Shown here piece after piece: positions 61,950-64,000 of a stretch of DNA of 64,000 nt (its first letter is position 1; each line of letters begins with the position of its first letter). A program made the position numbers and the translations under genes. The notes under the pieces were generated by a model. That model was not told the DNA's origin. It did not search any database and was given only the letters and a program-made list of their open reading frames with translations. Location: positions 173,804 through 237,803 of the forward strand of contig CAZDCG010000001.1 of the NCBI GenBank assembly GCA_964503955.1. Reading direction: 5' to 3'. The DNA comes from an uncultured Gammaproteobacteria bacterium (lineage in GTDB: Bacteria > Patescibacteriota > Patescibacteriia > VMEV01 > CAYQCH01).

Positions 61950-63413
61950 ATGTCAAACGACCGTGTTGTTCTCAGATTTGATGAAGTGACTTTCGGCTAT
62001 GATCGCAAAATCCTTTTGGATGAAGCGAGCTTTTCCGTGCGCAATGACAGCCGCATTGCTTTGATGGGCCAGAATGGAGCTGGCAAATCCACTCTGTTTA
62101 AAATGATCATGGGCGAAACCAGGCCAGATCGCGGGCAAATCCATATCACCCCCAAAGACACGACCATTGCCACAGCACGCCAGGTCATGAAACCTGAGCA
62201 CCTGGATTTGACCGTGCGCGACTATTTCGCCACGGCATTTCGCGAAACCAAATACGACCTAGATAAACGGATCAAAGATGTTTTTGAAATCGTGAATCTG
62301 CAGGCAAATCTTGAAAAGCCGGTTCGTGCGTTCTCCGGGGGCCAGCAGGCGCGGCTCCTGCTTGCGCATGCATTGATTCAGAATCCGGACATTCTGCTTT
62401 TAGACGAGCCGACCAATAATCTCGACCAAGAAGGCATTGATCATCTCACCACCTTTTTGATCATGTACCCAAAAACCTGCATCGTCATTTCCCATGACGC
62501 GGACTTCCTTAACGCATTCACTGATGGCGTCCTCTACTTGGACAGCTTCACGCACAAAGTCGAACAATATACCGGCACCTATCACGACGTGGTCGAAGAA
62601 ATCGCCGCACGCGTAGAGAAGGAACAGATGAAAAACGCCCAAGCAGAAAAAGAAATCAAGCGCCTCAAAGCACAGGCGGAAGTCTTCGCGCATAAAGGAG
62701 GCAAATTGCGCGGAATCGCAAAGAAAATGCGCACGGCTGCCGAAGAAGCGGAAGAAAGCAAAGTGGATGTACGCCGCGAAGACCGCACCATCCGCCCGTT
62801 CACGATTCCCATCCAGGAATTCGATCCTTTTTTTGATGGCAAAATCGTTGAGTTTTCTTCTGTTTCCGTGATTAAAAAAGGCAAAGCCGTGAAAAAAGAT
62901 CTGGATTTGATCCTGCGCAAAAACATGCACTTGCTCATTTCAGGCCCCAACGGGATTGGGAAAAGCACATTGCTTGAAGCACTCGCGACCGGACAAGCCC
63001 AGGGCGCTAAAATTGCAAACGAGATTGAAGTCGGCTACTATCGCCAGGATTTTTCAACGCTGGACTTCTCTCAAAAAGCCTATGACAGCCTTGCAAGCGT
63101 GATGGAAAAGAAAGAAGACCAGGTTTTGCGCGAAGTGGCGGCAAAATTCCTGCTTGATGGAAAAACGCTTGATCAAACCATCAGCGATTTATCGGAAGGG
63201 CAAAAAGGCTTGCTCTCTTTTGCCCGTCTGGTTTTGCAAAAACCCGGCCTGCTGATACTTGATGAACCGACCAACCATATCAATTTCCGCCATCTCCCTG
63301 TCATTGCAAAAGCGCTCGACGAATACGAAGGCGCGATGATTCTTGTCAGCCATATTCCCGATTTTGTAAAGCAAATCCGCATCGATGAAGAAATCGACCT
63401 CAGCCTGATTTAA
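61950..63413 (+). CDS. ABC-F family ATPase (tandem ABC domains, no transmembrane domain)
   Basis: It has two Walker A sites (GQNGAGKST, GPNGIGKST), two LSGGQ signatures (FSGGQQARL, LSEGQKGLL) and a Lys/Glu-rich linker of about 60 aa. Confidence 0.85.
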   Translation: MSNDRVVLRFDEVTFGYDRKILLDEASFSVRNDSRIALMGQNGAGKSTLFKMIMGETRPDRGQIHITPKDTTIATARQVMKPEHLDLTVRDYFATAFRETKYDLDKRIKDVFEIVNLQANLEKPVRAFSGGQQARLLLAHALIQNPDILLLDEPTNNLDQEGIDHLTTFLIMYPKTCIVISHDADFLNAFTDGVLYLDSFTHKVEQYTGTYHDVVEEIAARVEKEQMKNAQAEKEIKRLKAQAEVFAHKGGKLRGIAKKMRTAAEEAEESKVDVRREDRTIRPFTIPIQEFDPFFDGKIVEFSSVSVIKKGKAVKKDLDLILRKNMHLLISGPNGIGKSTLLEALATGQAQGAKIANEIEVGYYRQDFSTLDFSQKAYDSLASVMEKKEDQVLREVAAKFLLDGKTLDQTISDLSEGQKGLLSFARLVLQKPGLLILDEPTNHINFRHLPVIAKALDEYEGAMILVSHIPDFVKQIRIDEEIDLSLI

Positions 63414-63440
63414 GGCGGCGAGACAGAAAAGTGCTATGAT

Positions 63441-63467
63441 AAAATCAGGTTAACCAGACCTGATTTT
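63441..63467 (+). terminator. hairpin terminator after the ABC-F gene
   Basis: aaaatcaggt taaccag acctgatttt. Confidence 0.5.
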
Positions 63468-64000
63468 ATGAAACCCACATTTTACTGTATCAACCGGTGC
63501 GAAGGGAAAAACCAGATTGCCATTGACCTCCTCCAGTCGGCATGCGAAAAGCAAGGCATCAAATTCACGCTGATTGACGCTGAAAAAGCAGATTTTGCCG
63601 ATCTTCCAAAACCAACAAGCAAGGATGCCGTTTATAATCTGAGCAGGACAAGCCGCTCCAGAAGAATTGAACAGCAGTTGGTGCATGCGCGGGTGAAATC
63701 TTTTTACAAAAATCCGATGACCGCGATCGTGAAACCGGATAATGTCATTGACGGGACATTGATCATGGAAAAAGCAGGAGTTCCTATTATCCCGACCGTC
63801 TATGGCCTGCCCCGTGGCAAGGCACAAGCCGAAAGTACGGCGAAAGCACTCAATGGATTTCCATTGGTTATTAAAACAATAGGAGGCATGCACGGCATTG
63901 GCGTAATCAAAACGGATTCCATGGACAGCTTCTCCTCGCTTTGCGATTACCTGAGCAAGCAAGGCGTCCCAGGGATCATCAGAGCTTTCATCAAACACAA
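63468..64000 (+). CDS. ATP-grasp protein (RimK/glutathione-synthetase-like). N-terminal ~177 aa are present; the C-terminus runs off the window end.
   Basis: MKPTFYCINRCEGKNQIAIDLLQSACEKQGIKFTLIDAEK...GFPLVIKTIGGMHGIGVIKTDSMDSF. It runs off the window, which is why it is absent from the ORF track. Confidence 0.65.
   Translation, partial: MKPTFYCINRCEGKNQIAIDLLQSACEKQGIKFTLIDAEKADFADLPKPTSKDAVYNLSRTSRSRRIEQQLVHARVKSFYKNPMTAIVKPDNVIDGTLIMEKAGVPIIPTVYGLPRGKAQAESTAKALNGFPLVIKTIGGMHGIGVIKTDSMDSFSSLCDYLSKQGVPGIIRAFIKH

Noticed and set aside
63450-63998. 182-aa minus-strand ORF at the window end
   Set aside because: It is antisense to a plus-strand ORF with ATP-grasp (RimK-like) motifs that runs off the window, so it is a shadow ORF.
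1-64000. CRISPR arrays, rRNA genes, integrase or transposase genes
   Set aside because: Searched by eye for regularly spaced direct repeats, rRNA-like conserved blocks, and tyrosine/serine recombinase or DDE transposase motifs. None were found. The only phased repeats are the 7-nt TTGAC array and the 6-nt TAG array, neither CRISPR-like.

Overview
This window is a bacterial chromosomal segment of roughly 50% GC. Most genes lie on the minus strand, and several on the plus strand have Shine-Dalgarno-like sites.

Gene content is mostly housekeeping and stress or detoxification functions. It includes a truncated mutS, a class A penicillin-binding protein (PBP), a MarR-regulated RND efflux operon, a ferritin-like/VIT iron transporter and a MATE efflux pump. 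It also includes a sensor histidine kinase, MsrB, a family 4 uracil-DNA glycosylase (UDG), an Old Yellow Enzyme (OYE) family flavin oxidoreductase and multiple DoxX, VOC, ArsR, MarR and PadR genes. There is a CsoR-controlled copper operon (csoR, an HMA-domain permease, copZ, copA and two unknown genes), a MerR/TipAS regulator and an ABC-F ATPase.

The most unusual locus is 40.99-41.96 kb. A complete tRNA-Asn(GTT) gene sits there. Immediately upstream on the same strand is a tandem array of degenerate 5' copies of that tRNA. Each of the two copies nearest the tRNA is followed by a small GIY-YIG nuclease ORF whose last three codons and TAG stop are supplied by the next tRNA copy. GC-rich miniature insertions bounded by inverted repeats riddle the pseudo-tRNA copies. 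The whole array sits next to a HigB/HigA-like toxin-antitoxin pair and is bracketed by two paralogous VOC genes.

Two compositionally foreign patches stand out. Both are about 63% GC with strong GC3 codon bias. The first is a two-gene island at 9.12-11.46 kb. It encodes a 187-aa zinc-ribbon protein and a 481-aa protein with a polylysine C-terminal tail, neither of which I recognise. The second is a roughly 250-nt fragment of a foreign ORF at 59.59-59.84 kb, embedded in a cluster of GC hairpins.

Other notable items are a tandem pair of secreted Tyr/Gly/Pro-rich low-complexity proteins and a 1272-aa secreted protein with about 14 Kelch-like beta-propeller repeats next to a PAS membrane protein. 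There is also an ATP-cone/Mrr-endonuclease fusion and a CofE-like ligase next to an ATP-grasp enzyme. No rRNA genes, CRISPR arrays, transposases or integrases were seen.
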